DNA of 64,000 nt from an uncultured virus (IMG/VR IMGVR_UViG_3300044617_000645) (Duplodnaviria; Heunggongvirae; Uroviricota; Caudoviricetes), in the IMG/VR virus record IMGVR_UViG_3300044617_000645. One strand, 5' to 3'. The stretch's first letter is position 1. Every line of letters starts with the position of its first letter. Made by a program: the position numbers and the translations under genes. Below, piece by piece: positions 1 to 8,696 of this stretch. The notes beneath the pieces are model-generated. The model ran no database searches and had not been told where the DNA came from. It worked only from the letters and a program-made list of their open reading frames with translations.

Positions 1-29
1 CATATATAATTGATCTCATGTTGAACAAA

Positions 30-114
30 GCCTCGGTGGTGAAATTGGTAGACACAAGGGACTTAAAATCCCTCGCCGAAAGGTGTGCCGGTTCGAGTCC
101 GGCCCGAGGCACCA
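30..114 (+). tRNA. tRNA-Leu (anticodon TAA)
   Basis: GCCTCGG/CCGAGGC acceptor stem, anticodon arm AGGGA-CTTAAAA-TCCCT, long variable arm, GGTTCGAGTCC T-arm, encoded CCA. Confidence 0.95.
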
Positions 115-125
115 ATCAGATTTCA

Positions 126-202
126 GGGCCCTTAGCTCAATTGGTTAGAGCATCCGACTCATAATCGGCAGGTTCTGGGTTCAAGTCCCGGAGGGCCCAC
201 CA
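126..202 (+). tRNA. tRNA with CAT anticodon, most likely tRNA-Ile2 (lysidine type), otherwise elongator Met
   Basis: GGGCCCT/AGGGCCC stem, TAGCTCA D-arm, CTCATAA loop, GTTCAAGTC T-arm, CCA; fully paired 1:72 excludes initiator; body resembles enterobacterial tRNA-Ile2. Confidence 0.9.
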
Positions 203-218
203 AATTTTTTAGGTTTTT

Positions 219-494
219 GGCAGTTAAGCATGGCATGAGAACTTGTAAACTGCCCGGAGTTGAGAAGGAGATTAGGACTGACAAAACTTATTATAGGACT
301 TTTTATCCTGTAATGACGCCTATAGCAATACGACTGGAAATCGTACCGTGCTTATGTGAACTAGTCCAAACGGTTTTTATCTAACCTTCTTGTATTTTGC
401 TGACTAGGAATATATAGGCCTCTGTGCATTGTCAGTTGTCTTTTGCAAATTGCAACTTGTCTAGTTGGTTACTTACTTTCTTGACTCTGTTTTT
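219..494 (+). ncRNA. Candidate structured ncRNA of unknown class
   Basis: ORF-free; mutually compatible helices 219-225/248-254, 255-268/476-489, 270-275/461-466, 277-284/429-436, 290-298/306-314, 318-324/413-419, 329-333/341-345, 361-366/402-407; T-run 490-494; 7-nt-periodic repeat 422-463. Confidence 0.7.
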
Positions 495-509
495 ATTTTG
501 TTGTATAAT
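481..509 (+). promoter_or_regulatory. sigma70-type promoter
   Basis: TTGACT(481-486)-17 nt-TATAAT(504-509). Confidence 0.75.
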
Positions 510-531
510 ATAATTTTTAAAGGAACATAAT

Positions 532-708
532 ATGTCATGTACAGGCTACGATAGTAGAACAGTTAAAATACCTAAATCAGTTAAGCGCAGTGCTTCAACT
601 ATCATGAATGTACATAAGCGAGGGTCATTCATCCGCAGTTATGTACAGATTTTAATCTCTGATATTAATCAGAGCAAATATCGAAACTTTAAGGAGAGAT
701 ACAAATGA
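532..708 (+). CDS. Small basic hypothetical protein (58 aa, MSCTGYDSRTVKIPKSVKR...), absent from ORF track
   Basis: AAGGA RBS, open frame, ATGA overlap with the next gene. Confidence 0.7.
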   Translation: MSCTGYDSRTVKIPKSVKRSASTIMNVHKRGSFIRSYVQILISDINQSKYRNFKERYK

Positions 709-1277
709 ATATCAGTCTACGCAAAGCAAACGCAATCCAAAACATTATCAACGAATTGTTGAAGTCAATCAATGTCGTTGAGAATGTTAGCCTAAACGAG
801 TTCGAAGTAGCCGAACAGGTCATCGCAATCAAAGCCGACGAATCTTTCAAAGCATTCCAGCGCCAATTGGCATTGGTAGATGCATTATATGATATTCGTA
901 GCAATGTGGCTAGCGCCAACAACGCTACTGGCATCACAGAGATGTTGACTAAGATCGCACGATTGGACAAGTTGATCGCAATCAATCAAAAGATGGCTGA
1001 TCGCCCTGTGCGACAGAGCGCAGAAGTCATCGAAGGTAAGTTGAATAAACTGCGCAATTCCAAGGACGAAGGTCGTAGTTTGATCTATGATCGTTACAAC
1101 GAGATCAGTACCGGTGTAGCGACTGAAGCAAGCAATCAGAGTTATAAGGAAGCATTGGCAGCGCACAAGCGTGAGAAGCAACGCTTGCAGGATGCAGTCC
1201 TCGAGGCCAATGTGCGCAATGAGATCATCATCGATGCTATGACCGTTGCCACCCTTCGTACAGAGGGTTTGATCTAA
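705..1277 (+). CDS. Coiled-coil protein, DIP1984-like architecture
   Basis: AAGGAG RBS; all-helical; LYDIRSNVASANNATGITEML and C-terminal KQRLQDAVLEANVRNEI resemble the DIP1984 family pattern (by eye). Confidence 0.6.
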   Translation: MNISLRKANAIQNIINELLKSINVVENVSLNEFEVAEQVIAIKADESFKAFQRQLALVDALYDIRSNVASANNATGITEMLTKIARLDKLIAINQKMADRPVRQSAEVIEGKLNKLRNSKDEGRSLIYDRYNEISTGVATEASNQSYKEALAAHKREKQRLQDAVLEANVRNEIIIDAMTVATLRTEGLI

Positions 1278-1379
1278 AAACGGTGTTTTGGTAGGTGCAT
1301 TAATATGCATCTACTAAGCACTACTCACAACCTGTAAATACTAGTGAGGAAGTTTTCCAATCCTCTGGAGGTATTTATA

Positions 1380-1619
1380 ATGGATAAACTAAAAAAAGCA
1401 TTTGACATGGCTGGCGACTTTTTGCACATGATCATGGATCTAGGTATTAAGTTGTTAGCAGTAGGTGTCATACTACAGATATTGTTTGGACCAGCAGTTC
1501 CGTTCATGCATTTAGATGTAGTAGGTAATATAACTGCGTTCGCAGGTGCTTTGGGTGAGAAAGGTCTTGTAGGCCTAGTCGCACTAGCAGTACTATTTTG
1601 GGCTTGGAATAAGAAGTAA
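1380..1619 (+). CDS. Small membrane protein (79 aa, 2 hydrophobic segments)
   Basis: GGAGG RBS before ATG 1380; hydrophobic helices, basic C-terminus. Confidence 0.8.
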   Translation: MDKLKKAFDMAGDFLHMIMDLGIKLLAVGVILQILFGPAVPFMHLDVVGNITAFAGALGEKGLVGLVALAVLFWAWNKK

Positions 1620-1642
1620 TCTATACCCAACTTAAGTAGCAT

Positions 1643-1672
1643 AGCCCGCTTGAGAGATCAAGCGGGTTTTTT
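1643..1672 (+). terminator. Intrinsic terminator
   Basis: AGCCCGCTTGA-GAGA-TCAAGCGGGTT plus T run. Confidence 0.85.
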
Positions 1673-1740
1673 GTAATAGAAATGCAATAAAAAAATTTGT
1701 TGATTTCCGTAAATAGTGTCGTAATCAAGGAGATTATGAC

Positions 1741-2727
1741 ATGAAAAAATTAGTAGCATTTAGTTTAGTAATATTAGCAAGCGCGGGTGCGCAAGCAAGA
1801 GATCAAATCAATATTGTAGGTAGTTCAACAGTATATCCTTTCACTACAACTGTTGCAGAACAGTTCGGTAGAATTGGTAAATTTAAAACCCCGAAAGTTG
1901 AAAGCACTGGTACCGGTGGTGGTATCAAGTTGTTCTGTAATGGTGTTGGTCCACAACACGCAGATGCGGTCAACGCATCCAGACAGATGAAAAAGTCTGA
2001 GTTCGACACATGTGCGAAAAATGGTGTAAGTGAAATACTTGAGATCAAGATTGGTTATGACGGTCTTACTATCGCTGAAAACAAAGCAGGTAAACTATCA
2101 GGTCTAAGTCGTAAAGATGTTTATCTAGCATTAGCAAAGACTGTACCAGGACCAAATGGTGCTATGATACCTAATCCATATAAGACATGGCGTGATGTAA
2201 ATCCAACTCTTCCTGCTGTGAAGATTGAAGTTTACGGACCACCTCCAACAAGTGGTACTAGAGATAGTTTCCATGAGTTGTATATGGAAGCAGGTTGTGA
2301 GTTAGAGAACAAGAAAGCCTGTCATGCTATTCGTGAAGATGGCGCATATGTTGAAGCAGGCGAGAATGATAATCTAATCGCACAGAAGTTGATAAGCAAC
2401 GTGAATGCTTTGGGTGTTTTTGGTTATAGTTTCCTTGAGGAAAATCTAAACAAACTAAAAGGTCTAAAGATTGAGGGCGTAGAACCAAAATTTGAGACTA
2501 TTAGCGATAGTAGTTTCCCGGCAAGTCGTCCATTATTCGTTTACGTAAAGAAAGCACATATCGGTGGAATTCCAGGATTGCGTGAATTTGCTGACGAATA
2601 TGTAAGTGTCAGGGCTTTAGGCGAAGATGGGTATCTAGCAGAGCGCGGCCTAGTGTCATTAGACAAGGCTGAACTTGCTAAAAGCCGTCAAGAAGTTAAG
2701 GTTTTAAAGAACTTTAGCCCAAAATAA
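1741..2727 (+). CDS. pstS: Phosphate ABC transporter substrate-binding protein
   Basis: Signal peptide; GSSTVYP, STGTGGG, NASR, SGTRDSF, SRPLFVY motifs. Confidence 0.93.
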   Translation: MKKLVAFSLVILASAGAQARDQINIVGSSTVYPFTTTVAEQFGRIGKFKTPKVESTGTGGGIKLFCNGVGPQHADAVNASRQMKKSEFDTCAKNGVSEILEIKIGYDGLTIAENKAGKLSGLSRKDVYLALAKTVPGPNGAMIPNPYKTWRDVNPTLPAVKIEVYGPPPTSGTRDSFHELYMEAGCELENKKACHAIREDGAYVEAGENDNLIAQKLISNVNALGVFGYSFLEENLNKLKGLKIEGVEPKFETISDSSFPASRPLFVYVKKAHIGGIPGLREFADEYVSVRALGEDGYLAERGLVSLDKAELAKSRQEVKVLKNFSPK

Positions 2728-2829
2728 AGTAGTATATTTTAATGACCCCTCAGGCCTGTTAAATACTATATGTCTTTGAAATAGGACATGATGCCACTCA
2801 CGTGGCATAACAACAAGGAGATATAAAAT

Positions 2830-3804
2830 ATGCGTAAAGCACTTATAACATTAGTTATGTTGGGATCACTATCTACTGCGGCTCTCGCACAAGATGTGAA
2901 AATTAATGGTAACTTCGGTTATCGTTTTGATTCAGTCGAAGCAGGAACTGCACCTAAGTCTGAAAAAGATCGTATCAGAGCAGAGTTACTATTGAATGCT
3001 AAAGTTAACGATAAGACAACTTTGGTATTTGGTACTAGAACTGGTACATTCAATTCATCTTGGGATGACATGGGCGGTAACGCCAATTCTAAAGATATGG
3101 GTCTACACTTAGCATATGTTGAGTACGCCGCTATGGATCAAGTCAAGGTTCGCCTTGGTAAGATGCATCAACCTTGGGCAAGTTCACCAAGTCTATTTTT
3201 TGACCGTGATATCAAGCCAGAAGGTCTAGCAGTAGCGTTTGCTCATAAATCAGGATTGTTCGCTAATGCGTCTTCATTGAAGATCGTAGAAGGCGGTGCA
3301 GCCGATGATTCTAGAGTACAGAGCCTACAAGTTGGCTTAAAGAAGGATGTTGGAGCATTGTCATTGACAGGTGCTGCCGCATTACACAATCACAGCATCA
3401 AGCATGTTGCTGCCGGTGGTGTAGGCTCAGATGTGACTCTTCAGCAAGCATTCGGTGAAGTTGGTGTTAAGGTTGCTGGTCTTCCAGTAGCCGGTTTCGT
3501 AGACTTCATGCGCAACGACAAGGCAAATGCTGATAACCAAGCACTAGCATACGGTGTGAAGGTTGCCAAAGGCAAGTGGGATGCTTCAGTATTCCATCAA
3601 AAAGTCGAGGCAAATGCACAGTATGGTTTGTGGCATGATTCTGACTTTGCAGGCGCACAAGGTAATCACAAGGGCTATGGCCTAACTGCTGGTTACAGAG
3701 TCGCTAAGGGTTGGAAGGTCAACGCTAAGTATTTCGATGTTGAGCGAGGAGCCAACAAAGAAGATTACAAGCGTCTACAATTAGACTTGAACTACATGTT
3801 CTAA
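2830..3804 (+). CDS. Outer-membrane beta-barrel porin (putative phosphate porin)
   Basis: Signal peptide, alternating beta-strand pattern, C-terminal LQLDLNYMF; adjacent to pstS. Confidence 0.8.
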   Translation: MRKALITLVMLGSLSTAALAQDVKINGNFGYRFDSVEAGTAPKSEKDRIRAELLLNAKVNDKTTLVFGTRTGTFNSSWDDMGGNANSKDMGLHLAYVEYAAMDQVKVRLGKMHQPWASSPSLFFDRDIKPEGLAVAFAHKSGLFANASSLKIVEGGAADDSRVQSLQVGLKKDVGALSLTGAAALHNHSIKHVAAGGVGSDVTLQQAFGEVGVKVAGLPVAGFVDFMRNDKANADNQALAYGVKVAKGKWDASVFHQKVEANAQYGLWHDSDFAGAQGNHKGYGLTAGYRVAKGWKVNAKYFDVERGANKEDYKRLQLDLNYMF

Positions 3805-3830
3805 TCGAACATCTAAATTCAGTCAAGATC

Positions 3831-3862
3831 AGGGGAGATAGAAATATCTCCTCTTTTCTTTT
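3831..3862 (+). terminator. Intrinsic terminator
   Basis: GGGGAGATA-GAAA-TATCTCCTC plus T-rich tail. Confidence 0.75.
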
Positions 3863-3895
3863 ATATGATAAGTAAATCTGTTAAAATAATGAAAT

Positions 3896-3985
3896 GGAAG
3901 TGTGGCAGAGTGGTTGAATGCTCTAGTCTTGAAAACTAGCGATTCCGCAAGGGGTCCGTGAGTTCGAATCTCACCGCTTCCACCA
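3896..3985 (+). tRNA. tRNA-Ser (anticodon TGA)
   Basis: GGAAGTG/CGCTTCC stem, CTAGT-CTTGAAA-ACTAG, long variable arm, GTTCGAATC, CCA. Confidence 0.95.
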
Positions 3986-3994
3986 ATCAAACTT

Positions 3995-4291
3995 ATGACA
4001 ATCAAATACGAAGATTTACAACCACATGTTGATATGCTCATAGACGCCCTTGAGAACAGAGGGGCAAGTAGTAGCGGATTACCTAATGAACAAGTATATC
4101 CATTTGCTACGAAGTATAGGAGTTTCTTGCAAGAAGTGAGAGATAGACAAGTATCTAGATATAATCTAGAACATTTTTTGGCTGAAAATCACGAAGCGAT
4201 AATGAAAGTCACTAATCAGCCTTTTAGGTCTGAACAAATCCTAGGAGCATTGAGAACATATTTTTTCAAAGAATTCATGAGACCTAAATGA
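3995..4291 (+). CDS. Hypothetical protein
   Basis: 98-aa ORF coupled to the next gene by ATGA. Confidence 0.65.
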   Translation: MTIKYEDLQPHVDMLIDALENRGASSSGLPNEQVYPFATKYRSFLQEVRDRQVSRYNLEHFLAENHEAIMKVTNQPFRSEQILGALRTYFFKEFMRPK

Positions 4292-5025
4292 TCACAGAAA
4301 CAGTTACATGGGTGCATCACTGGAGCGATAGAACTTTTAGTTTTAAAACGACTAGAGATCAAGGATTTAGATTTTATGCAGGTGAATTTGCCATGATAGG
4401 TCTGCGTGTAGATAACAGAAATATACTACGTGCGTACAGCGTAGTCAGTCCACCATGGAAAGATGAATTGGAATTTCTCAGTATCAAGATACAAGACGGT
4501 GACCTTACTAGCAGACTACAACATATCAAAGTAGGCGATGAAGTCATACTAGCAGAAAAGACTACAGGAACATTACGCAACGATGCATTGATTAAAGGCG
4601 GCGAACTATATATGCTAGCCACCGGAACTGGACTAGCGCCCTTCATGAGCCTAATACGTGATATCGAAACTCTTGAGACTTGGGATAAAATAAATATAAT
4701 ACATAGTGTGAGAGATAAAAAGGATCTAGCATATTATGATGATTTGATCAGTAGTTTCAAAGACGGAGAGCCCGAATTATTTGAGTTGATAGAACCCAAA
4801 TTGACATATAAGCCTATCATAACGGGCGCCGGCGAGAAAAGAATCACGGCTCAACTATATGATAATGACTTGACGATTGATTACAGCCGTGATAAAATCA
4901 TGCTATGCGGTAATCTAGAATTCAATCAGGAAGTTACTGATTGGTGTATATCAAAGGGCATGACTGAAGGTAGTTTACGAGAGCCCGGAACTTTTGTCAT
5001 CGAAAAGGCATTTGTAGAGAAATGA
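4288..5025 (+). CDS. fpr: Ferredoxin--NADP+ reductase (bacterial subclass)
   Basis: RAYS FAD motif, GxLT, ATGTGLAPF, MLCG, C-terminal AFVEK. Confidence 0.92.
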   Translation: MITETVTWVHHWSDRTFSFKTTRDQGFRFYAGEFAMIGLRVDNRNILRAYSVVSPPWKDELEFLSIKIQDGDLTSRLQHIKVGDEVILAEKTTGTLRNDALIKGGELYMLATGTGLAPFMSLIRDIETLETWDKINIIHSVRDKKDLAYYDDLISSFKDGEPELFELIEPKLTYKPIITGAGEKRITAQLYDNDLTIDYSRDKIMLCGNLEFNQEVTDWCISKGMTEGSLREPGTFVIEKAFVEK

Positions 5026-5387
5026 ACAATTTTGAGATTGATGAACAATATATTACTGATGTAACAGTTAGGACTGAACACGATTTCATCGTAGATCGTA
5101 ATAATCCTACACCCGAAGAAATCTTTAAAGTACTCAAAGGTTGGGACAAAGTTGTCAGCATCGGTAGCAAAGACCACGATGAGTTTACTAAGTTGCGTAA
5201 TCAACTTGAAGAACAAGGTTACATCAAAACCGAACGCGGTTGGTGGAATGGCGATACTGTATTGAAGCCATTCTATTTGAACGGTTGGCGATTCAAAAAA
5301 AATCATAGATTTCCTTGTGCGGCGGCACTTAGCAATAGTATTAAGTGTGCTAAGAAATATAAATGGAAGAGCATCAGCAGTCTATGA
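5022..5387 (+). CDS. Hypothetical protein
   Basis: 121-aa ORF with ATGA coupling on both sides. Confidence 0.7.
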   Translation: MNNFEIDEQYITDVTVRTEHDFIVDRNNPTPEEIFKVLKGWDKVVSIGSKDHDEFTKLRNQLEEQGYIKTERGWWNGDTVLKPFYLNGWRFKKNHRFPCAAALSNSIKCAKKYKWKSISSL

Positions 5388-6199
5388 AACAGATACTAAT
5401 AATGGGAGACAGTTGGGGAGTACCTGAATATTCACTAACACCGGGCGAACTATTATCTGATCCTACTAATGTCGTTCGTCCAAAATTTTGGTTAGATGCT
5501 GAACCAAATTATACAGACGGTATATATCATACTGACCAATATTTACGTGGGCTAGGGTATGATGTTTATAATTCTGCGCAGGGCGGTATTTCAAATGTAC
5601 AAGCGATTAGAAGAGCGATAAGTTGCATCAAAAACGAAAAATTAAATCCTGATTTAATCATTTGGTTTCATACAGCATTGTTTAGAGACTATCAGCATTT
5701 TCAAACGAAAATTAGTTTATTAAAACCTTATGAACAGGCAGTAGATGATTTAGCAGAAGCGGTGTATGGTAAAATGGCAAATTTCTTAAAAGAAAATAAT
5801 GACATACCATTTATTGCTGTAGGCGGGCAAGCACCATTAGTTAAACACGTATTTGATAAGTATTTAAATCCTTTTTTCCGTGTAGATGATTGGAGAAGTG
5901 AAATACTGCAGGAAAAATTGCCCGAGTTTCAAGCATTCGGATCAGAACCTATGTTACATTCTTGGACTTGGCATCCTGAGACTATCAAAAAACTGTTGTC
6001 AATATCAGACCTCTATCGCGATAAGATGACTGCTTTATCTAACTCTGCTCAAATAGAAGATCCTCTATTTCCTGATGGTTGTCATCCTGGAAGAACACCT
6101 CATTATGAACTCACTAAAAAAATTCATGATGCGATCAGTTGGTTTTATAAGAATAATCAAAAGCATGATTACATAAAAACTCCGGGTAACGCACTATGA
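5384..6199 (+). CDS. SGNH/GDSL-like hydrolase-fold protein
   Basis: GDSW block I and DGCHP block V; start moved to ATG 5384. Confidence 0.7.
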   Translation: MKQILIMGDSWGVPEYSLTPGELLSDPTNVVRPKFWLDAEPNYTDGIYHTDQYLRGLGYDVYNSAQGGISNVQAIRRAISCIKNEKLNPDLIIWFHTALFRDYQHFQTKISLLKPYEQAVDDLAEAVYGKMANFLKENNDIPFIAVGGQAPLVKHVFDKYLNPFFRVDDWRSEILQEKLPEFQAFGSEPMLHSWTWHPETIKKLLSISDLYRDKMTALSNSAQIEDPLFPDGCHPGRTPHYELTKKIHDAISWFYKNNQKHDYIKTPGNAL

Positions 6200-6945
6200 A
6201 AAATATATTAATCGTAGGAGACAGTTGGGGAGTACCTAACTACGTTAAAGGCTATAATACAGTACCTGAAGATCACACAGAATTTCGACTAAGGGCTATG
6301 GGATATAATGTCTTCAATTACTCATTGAATGGCGGAAGCAATGTCGATACAATAAGTTATGCTATATCTGCTATAGAAAACAAAGAACTAAGAGTGGATG
6401 AAGATGTAAGTTATAAAAAGAAAACATATGCTGATTCTGGTCCCGAATTCTTACCTGACCCAAATTATCGCGGTGAAAAGATAGACTGGATAATTTGGTT
6501 TCACACTGAGTCTATTCGCGCCTCAGTACAGCCTATAATGTTTCGTTGGATAAAGATTGAAGATATACATGAATTAGGGTGCAAGACTGCATATAGAGCA
6601 TTCAAGCATTTAGTAGAAATTTGCGGAAATCCAAAAACAGTAGTGATAGGTGGGCAGGCACCGGTAGAACCCATGCTATATGATTATCATAATCCAACAT
6701 ATATCATAGAAGATTGGCGTAGTGAGATTGTGGGTAGAAAGTTACCAAGATGCATATCGCTTTCTAGATTGGATATGATAGAACGATCATATCATTCAAT
6801 AGATGAAAAACTTGAAATAATGAATCTACATGCTGAGATATATGATGCTATGAACAATAAAGAGCAATTTTTTGATGCTTGCCACCCTGCCGCGATACCA
6901 CATAAACATTTAACGAATAGATTACATACTTGGTTTTCAGAGTGA
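6196..6945 (+). CDS. SGNH/GDSL-like hydrolase-fold protein, paralogue of the preceding gene
   Basis: Shared GDSWGVP, IIWFHT, GGQAP, DWRSEI, DxCHP. Confidence 0.7.
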   Translation: MKNILIVGDSWGVPNYVKGYNTVPEDHTEFRLRAMGYNVFNYSLNGGSNVDTISYAISAIENKELRVDEDVSYKKKTYADSGPEFLPDPNYRGEKIDWIIWFHTESIRASVQPIMFRWIKIEDIHELGCKTAYRAFKHLVEICGNPKTVVIGGQAPVEPMLYDYHNPTYIIEDWRSEIVGRKLPRCISLSRLDMIERSYHSIDEKLEIMNLHAEIYDAMNNKEQFFDACHPAAIPHKHLTNRLHTWFSE

Positions 6946-6999
6946 TTTCTTGATAAATACTTTAGTATGCCAATGATGCATATATAAAGGAGAAATCTA

Positions 7000-7161
7000 A
7001 TGGATCTTGAAACAATTGTAACAGTATTAGTAGTAGCAGGTTTTGCAGCCTTCTTGTTTTTCAAGATGAAGAAAAAGTCTTCAGATGATGCAGGTCCAAG
7101 CACTGACGGATCAGGCGGACACCCTGGCAAAGAGAATGGCGGAAGACAGCAACTAAAATAA
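7000..7161 (+). CDS. Small single-pass membrane protein (53 aa), absent from ORF track
   Basis: AAGGAG RBS; MDLETIVTVLVVAGFAAFLFFKMKKK; followed by a terminator. Confidence 0.75.
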   Translation: MDLETIVTVLVVAGFAAFLFFKMKKKSSDDAGPSTDGSGGHPGKENGGRQQLK

Positions 7162-7180
7162 GTCTCTGTCATGTTGGTTT

Positions 7181-7209
7181 TAGGGGGAATTAATTCCCCC
7201 TATTTTTTT
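7181..7209 (+). terminator. Intrinsic terminator
   Basis: TAGGGGGAA-TTAA-TTCCCCCTA plus T7. Confidence 0.85.
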
Positions 7210-7247
7210 GGCTATAAATAATTGCACGACAAGGAGAACATAAATTT

Positions 7248-7385
7248 ATGGCTGGATCATCATCGCTAAACAAGAAGAATACAATATTCAAACGTACTAG
7301 CCAGGGTGGAAGCAGACCGAAAACTAGTGCTATGAATAAACAGCAAAAGAAAGCATTCAAACACTACAGAGGGCAGGGTAAATGA
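7248..7385 (+). CDS. Small basic protein (45 aa, ...KRTSQGGSRPKTSAMNK...YRGQGK), absent from ORF track
   Basis: TATAAATA at 7213-7220, AAGGAG RBS, ATGA overlap with the next ORF. Confidence 0.8.
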   Translation: MAGSSSLNKKNTIFKRTSQGGSRPKTSAMNKQQKKAFKHYRGQGK

Positions 7386-7594
7386 GTGGTAAGGGGTCAA
7401 GTCCTAGACCATATAGTGTAGATAAAAAAACATTTGATAATAATTGGGATCGCATTTTTAAAAAGAATTATTATCAAGATATACTGTCTACCGAAGATGC
7501 GGTTATCAGCGCACTAGATAAATCAGACTATGATAACAGAAATAAAACCAACAAGCCCGACAATACTAAGTCTACTAAAGACGATAGAAAATAA
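7382..7594 (+). CDS. Hypothetical protein (GKGSSPRP...FDNNWDRIF)
   Basis: ORF coupled to the upstream gene. Confidence 0.65.
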   Translation: MSGKGSSPRPYSVDKKTFDNNWDRIFKKNYYQDILSTEDAVISALDKSDYDNRNKTNKPDNTKSTKDDRK

Positions 7595-8113
7595 AGATTT
7601 TGTCAACGGGGAACATAGTTTTGCAAAGAACTATGATGGCTTGAGTTACTATGACGCTCTAATGGCAGCCATAAGTGACGATACACTTTTCAATCACCTT
7701 GACTACGACATCCCTATACTTAAGTACAAGCATAATAAAATACTAGGGGACACAGAGGGCGGGAAGTTTTTTTTAGAATCCTTTCAACAACTGGTTGAAT
7801 TCGACGGCTTTTACACTAGCGGATACATACCCAAAGGATTTGATCGTTGGCATAGTGATAGTGATGTGACCGGATATGCTATCCTATTTTCTTATTCTAA
7901 AGATGGAAACGGGTATTTCAAATATAAAATTCCTGGATCAAGAGAAATCGTGACATTGGTAGACGAACCCGGATGGATGATTCGTGGTATGTATTATGGT
8001 AATGTCGAAGACAGTAAGTTGTGGCATTGTGTCGCTAGTGAAGGATTTAGGGTAACATTTATCTTGACTTTTGCGGCTGAAGATAAGTATAATACAGCAG
8101 TTGAGATATTAAC

Positions 8114-8123
<10 letters not shown>
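7530..8123 (+). CDS. Putative cupin / Fe(II)-dependent oxygenase
   Basis: WHSD ... WHCV ... R spacing of an HxD...H facial triad. Confidence 0.5.
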
Positions 8124-8189
<66 letters not shown>

Positions 8190-8207
8190 TTCTTTGCTAA
8201 ATACTAC

Positions 8208-8696
8208 ATGCTATACATTTCTTATCGTGGTATTTACGACGGCCAAAACTTTGAAGACGCTAACACACCTAATCAATTAGGAAAGGCTCTAGGTATGGGC
8301 TTTTCATGTATGATAGACGTATGGAAGGTCGGAGATCAGTTTTATCTAGGAAATGATCAACCTATCACAGAGGTAACTACAAAGTACTTGCAGGGAAATC
8401 GTTGGTGGATTAATGCTAGAAATACTGCGATGCAAGCATGGTTGCCCACACAGAACGTAAAATTATATCCTAATTGGTTTTATTTCCCTACGATGCCCCC
8501 TCCACAATATGTTACTGCTAGTAACGGTAAGTTGATAACACCGGGTACAGTACCTATTAATAATTCAAGTGTTATATTTTTACCTGAGATAGATGACCGA
8601 GGTATGTTTAGTACTGTTAAGTTACGCTGTTATGGAATATGCAGTACATACCTAACGTTCATAAGAAGAATGCGTCAAGAAGGCGCATATTATTAA
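8208..8696 (+). CDS. GDPD/PI-PLC-like fold protein, catalytic residues substituted
   Basis: Aligns by eye with 35513-35953 but has SYRG for AHRG and LGND for LGHD; TAAATA 4 nt before ATG. Confidence 0.65.
   Translation: MLYISYRGIYDGQNFEDANTPNQLGKALGMGFSCMIDVWKVGDQFYLGNDQPITEVTTKYLQGNRWWINARNTAMQAWLPTQNVKLYPNWFYFPTMPPPQYVTASNGKLITPGTVPINNSSVIFLPEIDDRGMFSTVKLRCYGICSTYLTFIRRMRQEGAYY

Noticed and set aside
422..463. Heptad tract, or the 24-bp repeat at 30737, as a CRISPR array
   Set aside because: Units are far too short or tandem without unique spacers; no cas genes in the window.
219..494. tmRNA, RNase P RNA or intron identity for the structured region
   Set aside because: No tRNA-like GGGG...CCA ends, no RNase P P4 signature, no interrupted gene or splice-site motifs recognised.
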